Shown here: in pieces, positions 17,351 through 27,377 of the stretch
Position numbering within the stretch: the stretch's first letter is position 1
Layout of the letters: each line of letters starts with the position of its first letter
The notes under the pieces: generated by a model
Database searches by the model: none
What the model was told of the DNA's origin: nothing
What the model saw: only the letters and a program-made list of their open reading frames with translations
Made by a program: the position numbers and the translations under genes
Assembly (NCBI GenBank): GCA_050012075.1
Contig: JBEKHW010000001.1
Coordinates: 4,766-68,765, forward strand
DNA length: 64,000 nt
Direction of reading: 5' to 3'
DNA from: Candidatus Omnitrophota bacterium
GTDB taxonomy: Bacteria; Omnitrophota; Gorgyraeia; Gygaellales; Profunditerraquicolaceae

Positions 17351-18204
17351 AGCTTTTTTACTCCTTCTTCTAAGGCGCGGCGCATTATTTCTACAGGCGC
17401 ATCTCTACCCGTAAAGTGCTTGAAGGCAAGCACACCCTGGTATAAAAGCATACCCAAACCATTCGCACACGTTAGGCCTTTTTCCTTTGCCAGCTGTAAC
17501 AATTTTGTCTCCGGTGGATTGTAAATCAGGTCATAGACGAATAAGCCGGGGTGCAGCATATCTATGCTGACTAAACAAGGGTCAGATTCTTTCATCCCTA
17601 TCGGCGTGGCATTGACGAGGATATCCTTTTGTTTAATATCCAAATCGCTTATATTATCTACTGCCTTTACTTTAGAACCGGGGAATAAATTTTTTATTAA
17701 ATCCGCGATCCCCTTTGCCCTAATGGTATCCGCATCGTATACTGCGATATCCTTGGCACCCGCGGCGGCCAGCGCATACGCTACTGCCTTGCCCGCTCCT
17801 CCAGCTCCGAGCAATGCGACACTTTTTCCCTGCGGGCTGATACCATGCTCATGCAAATCTTTTCCAAAGCCGGGTATATCGGTATTAAACCCAATCCAGG
17901 CCCCATCCTGCAATACAATGGTGTTTACCGCTTTTATCTGCTTGAGGTAAAATGATTTCTGGTCCAGTTTGACAAAATCCAGTATCTTCTCTTTATAGGG
18001 AATGGTTACGTTTAACCCGGAAATATTTTCTTTGCTAAGCCCTGCCAGGAAATTATCCAGATCTTCCGGCTTCACTTCGAAAATGCGGTATTGCGCGTCT
18101 ATTTTTAAGGCGGCTAACGCCGCATTGTGCATGAGAGGTGATAAACTGTGTTTGGCAGGATAACCTAAAACACCGAAGATTTTTGGGGAAGCGATTTTGG
18201 CCAT
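17347..18204 (-). CDS. aroE: shikimate dehydrogenase
   Basis: GYPAKHSLSPLMHN substrate motif and GAGGAGKAVAYAL Rossmann loop. 4-bp overlap with pilD. Confidence 0.8.
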   Translation of the reverse strand: MAKIASPKIFGVLGYPAKHSLSPLMHNAALAALKIDAQYRIFEVKPEDLDNFLAGLSKENISGLNVTIPYKEKILDFVKLDQKSFYLKQIKAVNTIVLQDGAWIGFNTDIPGFGKDLHEHGISPQGKSVALLGAGGAGKAVAYALAAAGAKDIAVYDADTIRAKGIADLIKNLFPGSKVKAVDNISDLDIKQKDILVNATPIGMKESDPCLVSIDMLHPGLFVYDLIYNPPETKLLQLAKEKGLTCANGLGMLLYQGVLAFKHFTGRDAPVEIMRRALEEGVKKL

Positions 18205-18216
18205 TAAAAAGAAGGG

Positions 18217-19722
18217 CTAAAAGCTTTCTATTTTATTCAGGGCATTTACATAGGCCCTGACCGATGATTCAATGATATCCGTGCTTGAGCCGCGCGCTGT
18301 GACCACCTTGCCCTTGGCTTTTAGTTTAAGACTTACTTCGCCGAGGGCGTCTTTTCCTTTGGTTACCGCTTCAATGCGGTAATCCTGCAGCTCGCACTTT
18401 GTGCCGGTGATTTTATCAATCGCCTTAAAACAGGCATCTACCGGCCCGTCTCCGGAAGATTTAGCCGACTGCAGTTTATTCTTGTATTTTAGATGTACGA
18501 CTGCTACAGGCGTAATCTTGGTACCGGAATTAATCTCGAAACTTTCCAGCTTCCAGACCGGTTTTACTACCTTGATTTCATCTTCTACTATGGAAATCAG
18601 GTCATCGTCAAAAATATTTTTCTTTTTATCGGCCAGCTCCTTAAAACGCCCGCTGACTTTCTCAAGCTGCTCGGTGTTCAGGATAAACCCGAGTTCCTTT
18701 AACCGCTCTCCTAAGGCGTGCCTACCCGAATGTTTGCCCAGAACAAGGCCTGTCCCCACAAAACCCACATCTTCCGGCTTTATGATTTCATAGGTAGAGC
18801 GCTCTTTCAGGACCCCATCCTGATGAATACCGGATTCATGACGAAAGGCATTTCCGCCTACGATTGCCTTGTTAGGAGCAACTACAAAACCCGTGAGTTT
18901 GCTGACCAGGCGCGATACTTTATATATCTGGTTGGTAGTTATATTTGTCTGTAGGCCTTTAAATATATCCTGGCGCGTCCTGATATTCATTACAATCTCT
19001 TCCATAGAGGCATTGCCGGCTCTTTCGCCGAGACCGTTAATGGTGCATTCTACCTGGCGCGCGCCGCTTCTGATTGCTTCCAGCGAATTCGCAACAGCCA
19101 TACCCAGGTCATTATGGCAGTGGGTGGAAATTACTGCCTTACCTATATTAGGGACGTTTTCCTTAATCCCGCGGATAAGGATTCCATATTCTTCCGGCTG
19201 GGTATAACCCACTGTATCGGGGATATTGATTGTGGTTGCACCCTCATTAATCACCGCTTCTATTATCCTGTACAAAAATTCCCTTTCGCTGCGGGTAGCG
19301 TCTTCTGGAGAAAATTCCACGTCGCCACAGGATTTCCTGGCATATCTTACGCTCTCAATTGCGAGGCGCATTATTTCATCCTCTGCTTTTTTGAGCTTAT
19401 ACTGCATATGGATTTTTGAAGTAGCAAGAAACACGTGTATGCGGCCGCGTTTCGCGAATTTTACACCTTCGGCTGCCGCGTCAATATCCGCTCTAATCGC
19501 GCGAGCAAGCCCGCAGATAACCGGGCCTTTAACAGCTTTGGCAATCTGTTTTACTGATTCCAAGTCTCCTGGGCTTGAAATAGGAAACCCTGCCTCAATC
19601 ACATCCACGCCCAATTCTGCCAGGGCATGGGCAATCTCCATCTTTTCAGCAGGATTGAGGCTCGCCCCCGGCGCCTGCTCCCCGTCTCTTAGTGTCGTAT
19701 CGAATATTATTATTTTATCCAT
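18217..19722 (-). CDS. leuA: 2-isopropylmalate synthase
   Basis: IFDTTLRDGEQAPG N-terminal signature, HCHNDLGMAVAN motif, and C-terminal LeuA dimerisation domain. Confidence 0.9.
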   Translation of the reverse strand: MDKIIIFDTTLRDGEQAPGASLNPAEKMEIAHALAELGVDVIEAGFPISSPGDLESVKQIAKAVKGPVICGLARAIRADIDAAAEGVKFAKRGRIHVFLATSKIHMQYKLKKAEDEIMRLAIESVRYARKSCGDVEFSPEDATRSEREFLYRIIEAVINEGATTINIPDTVGYTQPEEYGILIRGIKENVPNIGKAVISTHCHNDLGMAVANSLEAIRSGARQVECTINGLGERAGNASMEEIVMNIRTRQDIFKGLQTNITTNQIYKVSRLVSKLTGFVVAPNKAIVGGNAFRHESGIHQDGVLKERSTYEIIKPEDVGFVGTGLVLGKHSGRHALGERLKELGFILNTEQLEKVSGRFKELADKKKNIFDDDLISIVEDEIKVVKPVWKLESFEINSGTKITPVAVVHLKYKNKLQSAKSSGDGPVDACFKAIDKITGTKCELQDYRIEAVTKGKDALGEVSLKLKAKGKVVTARGSSTDIIESSVRAYVNALNKIESF

Positions 19723-19725
19723 CTT

Positions 19726-19787
19726 AGTTCATGGTTCATGGTTCATGGTTGATAGTACTATGAACTATCCACTATGAACTATGAACT
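19726..19787. repeat. heptamer hairpin R1: (GTTCATG)x3, loop, (ATGAACT)x3. Abuts the leuA ATG and is followed by TTTTTT on the + strand
   Basis: AGTTCATGGTTCATGGTTCATGG ... CTATGAACTATCCACTATGAACTATGAACT. Same family at 23265-23338, 25002-25063 and 39517-39599. Confidence 0.65.
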
Positions 19788-19826
19788 ATTTTTTCATCCA
19801 TTGTTACTTCTTCGTTGAAGGCATTA

Positions 19827-19882
19827 CTTTTCGGCAAGCCACTGGCGTTTTTGCCGAAAAGTACACCGAGCCATGCTCGGTG
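19827..19882 (-). terminator. tandem hairpins 3' of ilvC, including the CATAG-loop hairpin CACCGAGCCATGCTCGGTG
   Basis: Two GC-rich stems (CTTTTCGGCAAGCC..GGCGTTTTTGCCGAAAAG and CACCGAGCCATGCTCGGTG) immediately downstream of the ilvC stop. Confidence 0.5.
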
Positions 19883-19899
19883 CTATTACCCCTGGCCGC

Positions 19900-20895
19900 T
19901 TACGATTTTTTCATCCAGGGCATCATCTCTCGTAGCTCTCTCCCCACCTTCTCAATCAGATGATTATCCCCGTCAGCTAACAACTTATTGAAATTCGGCC
20001 TGCCTACTTCATTTTCCTTAATCCACTCGCGGGCAAACTTTCCTGATTTTATCTCCTTCAGCATTTTCTTCATTTCCTTGCGGGTCCTTTCCGTGATAAT
20101 ACGCGGGCCGCGGGAAAGGTCTCCGTAGCAGGCGGTATTAGAAACACCCCTGCGCATACCTGATATGCCTCTTTCCTGGATTAAATCAGTGATGAGTTTT
20201 AACTCATGCAGCACTTCAAAATAAGCTATCTCGGGCTGATACCTGGCTTCAATCAAAGTATCAAATCCGGCGGTAATCAATGCAGTCACCCCGCCGCAAA
20301 GCACTGCCTGCTCGCCGAAAAGGTCGGTTTCGGTCTCTTCTTCAAAAGTGGTCTCGATAACTCCGGCAGTGGTTGCCTTAATCCCCTTAGCGTAAGCGAG
20401 CGCTAACTGCTTTGCCTGGCCGCTTGCATCCTGATAAACCGCAATTAAAGAAGGCACGCCTTTTCCTTCTTCATACATACGCCTTACCAACGCGCCCGGG
20501 CCCTTTGGTGCTACCATAAACACATCCACATTCTTGGGCGGCTTTATCTGCTTAAAACGGATATTAAACCCGTGCGAAAAACAGAGGGCTTTTCCTTTTT
20601 TAAGATATGGCTTTATATTCTCCTTATAAACCTTTGCCTGGACATGGTCCTGGGTAAGAATCTGGATGATATCCGCTCCTTTTGCCGCCTCGGTAACGGT
20701 TACCGGGGTAAAACCATCCTTTTTTGCCTGTTCAAAATTCGGAGTTCCTTCCAATTCAGAAACTATAACCCGTAAGCCCGAATCCCTGAGGCATAATGAC
20801 TGGCCACGGCCCTGTATGCCGTATCCGATAATAGCGATTGTCTTATCTTTTAAATATGATAAATCCGCGTCCTTGTCGTAATAAATCTTTGCCAT
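19900..20895 (-). CDS. ilvC: ketol-acid reductoisomerase
   Basis: Rossmann GYGIQGRGQ and the KARI C-terminal knotted domain. Start at MAKIYYDKD (ATG 20893-20895) behind AAGGGGAGGAA. Confidence 0.9.
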   Translation of the reverse strand: MAKIYYDKDADLSYLKDKTIAIIGYGIQGRGQSLCLRDSGLRVIVSELEGTPNFEQAKKDGFTPVTVTEAAKGADIIQILTQDHVQAKVYKENIKPYLKKGKALCFSHGFNIRFKQIKPPKNVDVFMVAPKGPGALVRRMYEEGKGVPSLIAVYQDASGQAKQLALAYAKGIKATTAGVIETTFEEETETDLFGEQAVLCGGVTALITAGFDTLIEARYQPEIAYFEVLHELKLITDLIQERGISGMRRGVSNTACYGDLSRGPRIITERTRKEMKKMLKEIKSGKFAREWIKENEVGRPNFNKLLADGDNHLIEKVGRELREMMPWMKKS

Positions 20896-20961
20896 TTCAT
20901 TCCTCCCCTTAAAATAAGCCATGCCACTGGCGTTGATTTTGGCGTGCCTTTGGCGTAAACG

Positions 20962-20989
20962 CCAAAATCACGCCGCGCTATGCGCGGCG
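20962..20989 (-). terminator. rho-independent terminator of ilvN (CGCCGCGCATAGCGCGGCG + UGAUUUU on the mRNA)
   Basis: Perfect 7-bp GC stem with 5-nt CAUAG loop followed by a U-rich run. Same hairpin type at 32254-32272, 48630-48648, 60761-60779 and inside modules A-C. Confidence 0.6.
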
Positions 20990-21007
20990 CTAGTCCACTG
21001 TTTTTAC

Positions 21008-21496
21008 TTACTCCGAGATAGCTAACCTTCCGCTTCTTACCATTTCCTTTACCCCGAACTGTTTCAATGCCTCTAACAACTGCTTAATCTGCACCTGGTC
21101 TCCTACTGCTTCAATAATCGCGGTATCACCTTTATGCTGAATGACCTTGCCGACGAACTTAGTAAGGGCGTGCTCAAGCTTTACCTTTTCCTTAGAGGTA
21201 TAATCTACTTTGACCAGGACAAGCTCCCGCTCCACGTGCGCCTTCTTGGTAAAATCAGTTACCGTGATGACGTCTATAAGTTTATTGAGCTGTTTCTTAA
21301 CCTGCTCAAGGACTTTCTCGTCTTCTGCCTCGACCACAATAGTCATATAGGAAATCTGCGGGTCAAGGGTCTCCGAAACCGCAAGGGAGGCAATATTGTA
21401 GCCGCGGGCGCTAAATAGCCCGGCAATGCGCGCCAGCACTCCAAACTTATTCTCTACCAAAACCGATATAGTATGTTTCATCTCTGTTGTCACCAT
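21008..21496 (-). CDS. ilvN: acetolactate synthase small (regulatory) subunit
   Basis: ACT domain HTISVLVENKFGVLARIAGLFSARGYNI plus C-terminal AHAS small-subunit domain. Confidence 0.85.
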   Translation of the reverse strand: MVTTEMKHTISVLVENKFGVLARIAGLFSARGYNIASLAVSETLDPQISYMTIVVEAEDEKVLEQVKKQLNKLIDVITVTDFTKKAHVERELVLVKVDYTSKEKVKLEHALTKFVGKVIQHKGDTAIIEAVGDQVQIKQLLEALKQFGVKEMVRSGRLAISE

Positions 21497-21563
21497 GTCA
21501 CAAAGTCACAATGTCACAGGTAGAATCTTTACTTGTGACTTGGTGACCTTGTGTCTTTGTGAC
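21497..21563. repeat. heptamer hairpin R5: (GTCACAA)x3, loop, (TTGTGAC)x3, filling the ilvB stop to ilvN start gap; the repeat runs into the ilvN start codon
   Basis: GTCACAAAGTCACAATGTCACAGG...CTTGTGACTTGGTGACCTTGTGTCTTTGTGAC. On the mRNA: TGTGACATTGTGACTTTGTGAC-ATG-GTGACA. Confidence 0.6.
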
Positions 21564-21585
21564 CCTTTCAAGATACGTTAATCAA

Positions 21586-23250
21586 TTACGCGAGGTTACT
21601 AATCATCTGGTTTATCGCTTCTCCGGCGGGAACCATCGGGAAAACATTCTCCTCCGGCTCAACGCGGAAATCGATAAACACGGTATTATCTATCTTGATC
21701 GCCTTTTCAATAGCGGGCCGCACTTCCTCTTTTTTTGTGACGTGTATGCCGACTGCGCCATAGCTATCCGCAAGCTTCACATAATCGGGGCCGGTTATGC
21801 AGACATGCGAATAGCGCCTCTTGTAAAAAAGCTCCTGCCACTGCCGCACCATCCCGAGATATCCGTTGTTAAGGATTGCTACTTTAACGTTTATTTTATT
21901 GCAAACGCAGGTGGCTAATTCCTGTATATTCATCTGTATTGAGCCGTCCCCTGCTATATCAAAAACTATTTTATCCGGGCAGCCGACTTTAGCGCCCATT
22001 GCCGCCGGAAAACCAAACCCCATTGTGCCTAATCCGCCTGATGAAATAAAGGTGCGCGGTTTAGTATATTTATACCACTGGGCAGCCCACATCTGGTTTT
22101 GCCCGACCTCTGTCGTGATAATCGCCTCACCCTTTGTGGCTTCGTCAATCTGCTCGATAACATACTGCGGCTTGATCATTTCGCCTTCTTTATAAGCCAG
22201 GGGATGTTTTTTCTTCCATTCATCCACCATCGTAAGCCAGACGGTAGTATCCGGGATTTCTTTTATCTCTCCGAGCAGTTCCCCTAAAACATTCTTGGCG
22301 TCTCCCACAATGGGTATATCAACCCTCACGTTCTTGCTGATTGAGGAAGGGTCAATATCTATATGGACGACTTTTGCGTAAGGCGCAAAGGCGTCAAGCC
22401 TGCCGGTTACGCGGTCATCAAAACGCGCGCCTATGGCAAGGATAAGGTCTGAACTCATAATCGCATGGTTAGCATAACCTGTCCCGTGCATACCAAGCAT
22501 CCCTAACGCAAGCGGGTGTGTCGCCGGAAAACCGCCTATACCCATTAGCGTCCAGGTTACCGGGGCATTTATCTTCTCTGCCAGCGCCCTTAATTCCTTG
22601 CTGCAGCCGGAAGTTATGATACCGCCACCTATGTAGAGCACCGGTTTCTTTGCCTGGGCAATTAATTTGGCTGTTTTCTTGATCTGCCCGGGATGGCCGA
22701 AAAATGTGGGCTTGTAACTGCGGATATCCACTTTTTCCGGCCAGACAAAATCCGTATCCTTTAATTGCACATCAGACGGGATATCTATAAGCACAGGTCC
22801 AGGCCTACCTGTCGAGGCAATATAAAATGCCTCGCGCACAACCCTAGCCAGCTCACTTACGTCTTTGACAAGGTAATTATGCTTGGTTATGGGACGAGTG
22901 ATTCCGGTAACATCTGCTTCCTGAAAAGCATCATTGCCGATTAAGAAACTTTTTACCTGCCCTGTAATGGCAACCATCGGTATTGAATCCATATAGGCAT
23001 TGGCTATGCCGGTAGTCAGATTCGTAGCACCAGGGCCTGAAGTAGCAAGACAAACCCCTACCTTTCCGGTTGCGCGAGCATATCCGTCGGCAGCATGGGC
23101 TGCGCCCTGTTCATGCCTCACAAGGATAAACTTTAAATCAGAATCATAAAGCTTATCGAATATGGGCAGCACCTGTCCGCCCGGATAGCCGAATATGACT
23201 TCCACGCCTTCGCGTTTTAAGGACTCTATTAATATCTGTGCGCCTGTCAT
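21586..23250 (-). CDS. ilvB: acetolactate synthase large subunit
   Basis: ThDP-binding GDG...N motif and FAD-domain motifs. 554 aa. Confidence 0.9.
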   Translation of the reverse strand: MTGAQILIESLKREGVEVIFGYPGGQVLPIFDKLYDSDLKFILVRHEQGAAHAADGYARATGKVGVCLATSGPGATNLTTGIANAYMDSIPMVAITGQVKSFLIGNDAFQEADVTGITRPITKHNYLVKDVSELARVVREAFYIASTGRPGPVLIDIPSDVQLKDTDFVWPEKVDIRSYKPTFFGHPGQIKKTAKLIAQAKKPVLYIGGGIITSGCSKELRALAEKINAPVTWTLMGIGGFPATHPLALGMLGMHGTGYANHAIMSSDLILAIGARFDDRVTGRLDAFAPYAKVVHIDIDPSSISKNVRVDIPIVGDAKNVLGELLGEIKEIPDTTVWLTMVDEWKKKHPLAYKEGEMIKPQYVIEQIDEATKGEAIITTEVGQNQMWAAQWYKYTKPRTFISSGGLGTMGFGFPAAMGAKVGCPDKIVFDIAGDGSIQMNIQELATCVCNKINVKVAILNNGYLGMVRQWQELFYKRRYSHVCITGPDYVKLADSYGAVGIHVTKKEEVRPAIEKAIKIDNTVFIDFRVEPEENVFPMVPAGEAINQMISNLA

Positions 23251-23264
23251 GTTTTTTAGTTATT

Positions 23265-23338
23265 GGTTCATGGTTCATTGTTCATGGTGTAAAGCTCTAA
23301 ACCATGAACTATCCACTATGAACTATGAACTAAGTATA
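23265..23338. repeat. heptamer hairpin R2 (GTTCATG family) between ilvD and ilvB; contains the ilvD stop codon
   Basis: GGTTCATGGTTCATTGTTCATGG...CCATGAACTATCCACTATGAACTATGAACTAAGT. The ilvD TAG stop is the CTA at 23323-23325 in the right arm. Confidence 0.65.
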
Positions 23339-24978
23339 GCTCCTTTGTCAGCTGAACTAACCAGTTTCGAATACCTGGCAAGGTATCCTGTCTTAATCTT
23401 TGGTGGCACCGGTTTCCAATTCTTAAACCTTCTCTGGATCTCGCTTGCGGATAATCTTACCTCTATTTTCCTGTTTGGGATATCGATACTGATTATATCA
23501 CCGTCGCGCAGTATTGCAATCGGCCCGCCGCTTGATGCCTCGGGAGAAATATGGCCGATGCACGGGCCCTTTGTCCCGCCTGAGAACCTGCCGTCGGTGA
23601 TTAATGCCACTGAATCCTGTAAACCCATACCCACGATTGCCGAAGTCGGGGCCAGCATTTCACGCATCCCCGGGCCCCCTGCGGGGCCTTCATAACGGAT
23701 AACTACCACATCCCCGGCCTTAACCTTTTTATTCAGTATGGCCTGCATGGCTTGCTCTTCGCGGTTAAATACGCGCGCCTTCCCAGTAAACTTCATCATC
23801 TTGGAGCTGACTGCTGCCTGTTTTACCACGGCCCCCTGCGGGGCAAGGTTACCATATAACACGGCAAGGCCGCCCTGCTTATGATATGCGCGGCTAAACG
23901 GACGGATAACTTCCTCGTCGGAAATTACAGCGTAAGAAGCGATATCATAAATTTTCTTTCCGCTTAAAGTCATGATATTATGGAGCTTGGCCTTTAACCG
24001 TTTAAGGACTGCGGGTATGCCGCCTGCGTATTCCAGGTCTTCCATGAAATACGGGCCTGCCGGTTCAAGGTTAGTGATATGCGGTGTGTTCTTGCTGATT
24101 TTATCAAAATCCTTAAGGTCAAGTTTTATTCCCGCCTCATGGGCGATACTCATAAGGTGTAGGACCGTATTACTTGAGCCGCCTAACGCCATATCCACGA
24201 CAATCGCGTTCTCAAGGGATTTCCTGGTAATAATATCCAGCGGTTTGATATTTTTCCTGGCTAACTCCACTATCCGCTCGCCGCTTGCTTCGGCAATGCG
24301 CCTTTTTCTGGCAGAGATTGCAAGGGCCGTAGCGCAGCCCGGCAAAGACATACCCATTGCCTCGGTAAGGCATGCCATGGTATTCGCGGTATATAACCCC
24401 TGGCAGGAGCCGGCACCGGGACATGCTTCCATCTCAAGGCAGACCAGTTCCTCCGGAGATATGTCTCCTTTTTTTGCGGCTGCTAATGCTTCATAAGTAT
24501 CGTGCACAAAAGCCAGTTTTCTTTTTTGATGGCGGCCGGAGAGCATCGGCCCGGCAGTAACGATAATTGCCGGGATATTCAGGCGCGCCGCACCCATAAG
24601 CATGCCGGGAGTGATTTTGTCGCAATTAGTCAAACAGATAATCCCGTCTAAGCTATGCGCGTTACAAACCGTCTCAATGGTATCGGCGACAATCTCGCGT
24701 AATCCCAGAGGATAACACATCCCCAGGTGGCCCATAGCAATCCCGTCGCAAATACCAGGAACACCGAAGAGAAACGGCACTCCACCCCCATAGCAGACCC
24801 CGCGCTCGATAAAGCGCTCAAGGTCACGCATCCCGATATGGCCCGGTATTAAATCAGTAAAGGAAGTAGCAACCCCGATAAAAGGCCGCCCTAAATCTTT
24901 CCTGCTTAAGCCCGTAGCATGCAACAGCGCCCGATGAGGAATTCTCTCGATGCCCTTCTTAATTTTGTCTGAACGCAT
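23323..24978 (-). CDS. ilvD: dihydroxy-acid dehydratase
   Basis: Start set at [19 protein letters not shown], which aligns with DHAD N-termini and has an AAGGGAG RBS; the ORF-track start 10 codons upstream lies inside repeat R3. CPGAGSC Fe-S motif is present. Confidence 0.9.
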   Translation of the reverse strand: MRSDKIKKGIERIPHRALLHATGLSRKDLGRPFIGVATSFTDLIPGHIGMRDLERFIERGVCYGGGVPFLFGVPGICDGIAMGHLGMCYPLGLREIVADTIETVCNAHSLDGIICLTNCDKITPGMLMGAARLNIPAIIVTAGPMLSGRHQKRKLAFVHDTYEALAAAKKGDISPEELVCLEMEACPGAGSCQGLYTANTMACLTEAMGMSLPGCATALAISARKRRIAEASGERIVELARKNIKPLDIITRKSLENAIVVDMALGGSSNTVLHLMSIAHEAGIKLDLKDFDKISKNTPHITNLEPAGPYFMEDLEYAGGIPAVLKRLKAKLHNIMTLSGKKIYDIASYAVISDEEVIRPFSRAYHKQGGLAVLYGNLAPQGAVVKQAAVSSKMMKFTGKARVFNREEQAMQAILNKKVKAGDVVVIRYEGPAGGPGMREMLAPTSAIVGMGLQDSVALITDGRFSGGTKGPCIGHISPEASSGGPIAILRDGDIISIDIPNRKIEVRLSASEIQRRFKNWKPVPPKIKTGYLARYSKLVSSADKGAILSS

Positions 24979-25001
24979 ATGCTTCTCCCTTCGGTCGAAG
25001 T

Positions 25002-25063
25002 AGTTCATTGTTCATGGTTCATAGTTGTCCTACTATGAACCATCCACTATGAACTATGAACTA
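25002..25063. repeat. heptamer hairpin R3 (GTTCATG family) between the aldolase-like gene and ilvD; contains the upstream stop codon
   Basis: AGTTCATTGTTCATGGTTCATAG..CTATGAACCATCCACTATGAACTATGAACTAATC. The stop of the 25061 gene is the CTA at 25061-25063. Confidence 0.65.
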
Positions 25064-26386
25064 ATCTGCGCCTTCTCCGTCGTGCACAACTTCTTTACCT
25101 TCTTTACGTTTACGCACAATAACGCGCTTGAGAAGAATATTCTTATCAATGAGGTCACGGTTATTGATATTGCTTAGCTGCTTAAACAGGAAATCAAATT
25201 TATTTTCTATTTCGGCGGCAATCGCCTCCCGCACCTCTTTCGATAAACCCATGATTTCTTTCTTAAAAGGACCTAACGCTTTTTTGCGCGCCTTATACAA
25301 AAACTGGTCTTCGGTTTCCCCTTCTTTTTTCTCGGAAGCGGCGTTTACCTTAAGCCATTCATAGATCCTGTTTTTTAGGTCTGCAGGAAAATGCTTACTC
25401 TCATAAATCATATTCTGGAACTCTGTAGCCAGGTGCACCTCTGCGCAGTCGCATTCCGCGAATTTATGGAATGCCTCTGCGGGCAAGGTAGAAGCGCCAT
25501 GCTGTACCGCGCCTGAAAGCCCGTATTCCTTACGCGCGATCTCCGAAAGTGCCTTTAGAGTATTAAAATCCAGCTTAACCTGGGCGATGGAACCGTCAGG
25601 AAGGACGACCCCGCCGTGCGAAGTGCCTGTCTGCACGGAAATTTTACTTATGCCGATTAACCCTTTCCTTAATCTTTCTTTGTATCCGGCCATAAAAGCA
25701 CGCAGCTCTTCGGCAGTAGAATTCGCGTGGCCTACTTCACCTATTTCTCCTCCTACGGAAACCGTTACCCCGCGCGGCTCGACACGCCTGATAAACTGTG
25801 TAAGTTTTGCGCAGGCCTCATAATTATTCCTTTGTTGCTTTTTTACGTCGGGTTTGGATAAATCCACGAGCGTAGAAGAATCAATATCAATATTGTAAAA
25901 CCCGGCTGAAATCGCATCCGCAATCAAATCCTGCAATCCTTGCAGTTCTTTCTCCGGATTCTCCTGATACTTCTTGGCATTGACCTGGGTGTGGTCTGCC
26001 TGGATAAAAACAGGGCCCTGCCAATCTTCTTTTATCGCGGCTGCCAATATAACCGCAGAGTATTCAATAGGCGGCTGGGCAGTATAACCCATCTCTGATT
26101 TTGCAATCTCAAAGATAAATGCGCCGGAATTATTACGCTTGGCAACCTTAAAGAGAGCGCGCGCAAGGTCATAGGTCATACTTCTTAAATTGATTGCCGG
26201 GACTGTAAAGCCGCTGAATTCTCCCCTGCCGCGCGCCATATAAAAATCATGAATACTGGAAGGATAAATACCTTTTTTATAAGCTATCTCGCTTATCTTC
26301 TTGGCCAGCTTTTTCTTAAGCGGCATATCGTCACTCATTATCAGCTCAAAAACAATCTTCTCGATGTCCAAAGGATTCCTTCCCAT
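25061..26386 (-). CDS. class II (metal-dependent) fructose/tagatose-bisphosphate aldolase family protein, long form
   Basis: About 440 aa with IQADHT and GTSHGG boxes, which resemble the class II aldolase DH and GxxHG metal/phosphate motifs. Sits next to pfkA. Family assignment is tentative. Confidence 0.5.
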   Translation of the reverse strand: MGRNPLDIEKIVFELIMSDDMPLKKKLAKKISEIAYKKGIYPSSIHDFYMARGRGEFSGFTVPAINLRSMTYDLARALFKVAKRNNSGAFIFEIAKSEMGYTAQPPIEYSAVILAAAIKEDWQGPVFIQADHTQVNAKKYQENPEKELQGLQDLIADAISAGFYNIDIDSSTLVDLSKPDVKKQQRNNYEACAKLTQFIRRVEPRGVTVSVGGEIGEVGHANSTAEELRAFMAGYKERLRKGLIGISKISVQTGTSHGGVVLPDGSIAQVKLDFNTLKALSEIARKEYGLSGAVQHGASTLPAEAFHKFAECDCAEVHLATEFQNMIYESKHFPADLKNRIYEWLKVNAASEKKEGETEDQFLYKARKKALGPFKKEIMGLSKEVREAIAAEIENKFDFLFKQLSNINNRDLIDKNILLKRVIVRKRKEGKEVVHDGEGAD

Positions 26387-26402
26387 TTTGATTCACTCCC
26401 TC

Positions 26403-27368
26403 TTAAGTTAATATTTTAATAAGATTATACGCGGTCTCCATCCCCCATGGTTTTTTCTTGATCGTCTCTTCCAAATCTATGCATATTATTTTGCTACTAT
26501 GAAACCCTACTGCCTTGTCAGACTCTCCGTCACGCAGGCGTATTACTGCTTCATATCCTAACCGAAGCGCCATATTCCGGCTTACTGCTGTCGGCCTTCC
26601 TCCTCTTTGTATATGGCCTAATACAACTGCGCGGGTATCAAGCGAGGTAACCTCGGTAATCTGGCGGGCAATCTTTTCTGCTTTCCCCGCGCCCTCAGCC
26701 ACCACAATAATCCAGCTTGCCTTTCCGCGGATATTACCGTCTACTATCCGGTGGCACATCTCCTGGCAGTCGAATTTTTTCTCCGGTATGATTACATCCT
26801 CGCAGCCATCTGCGAGTGCTACCATTAGCGCGATAAAACCTGATTCCCTGCCCATCACTTCCACTACAAAGATTCTCTCCATGCTCGTCGCGGTATCGCG
26901 GATATTATCTATTGCCATCAATGCCGTATTTATCGCGGTATCCACGCCGATAGTGGCGTCAAAGCCGTTGACATCGTTATCTATGGAAGCGGGTATCCCG
27001 ATACAGGGAACATTGTGTTTCTTATAGAATTCGTGCGCCGCGGTGAAGCTGCCGTTACCGCCGATAACGATTATCCCGTCGATATTATTCTTCTTTATGG
27101 TTTGAGCTGCCCTCTCCATGCCTTCCGGGGTAATGAATTCCGGGCAGCGCTGTGTCTTTAAGATGGTGCCGCCTTCATTGATAATACCGGAAACCGAACG
27201 GTGCGTCAGCGGCTTTAATTCCTCGTTAATCAGCCCCCACCATCCGCGGAAGACGCCGATTACGTCGATTTTGTTAGCGATAGCGGTGCGGACTACTGCC
27301 CTGATTGCCGCGTTCATACCCGGCGCATCTCCGCCCGTAGTCAAAACCGCAATTTTTTTTATCCCCAT
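26403..27368 (-). CDS. pfkA: 6-phosphofructokinase
   Basis: MGIKKIAVLTTGGDAPGMNAAIRAVV plus GGDGS-type motifs. Start at ATG 27366-27368 behind GGAGGAAGA; the ORF-track TTG start lies in the upstream palindrome. Confidence 0.85.
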   Translation of the reverse strand: MGIKKIAVLTTGGDAPGMNAAIRAVVRTAIANKIDVIGVFRGWWGLINEELKPLTHRSVSGIINEGGTILKTQRCPEFITPEGMERAAQTIKKNNIDGIIVIGGNGSFTAAHEFYKKHNVPCIGIPASIDNDVNGFDATIGVDTAINTALMAIDNIRDTATSMERIFVVEVMGRESGFIALMVALADGCEDVIIPEKKFDCQEMCHRIVDGNIRGKASWIIVVAEGAGKAEKIARQITEVTSLDTRAVVLGHIQRGGRPTAVSRNMALRLGYEAVIRLRDGESDKAVGFHSSKIICIDLEETIKKKPWGMETAYNLIKILT

Positions 27369-27377
27369 TCTTCCTCC

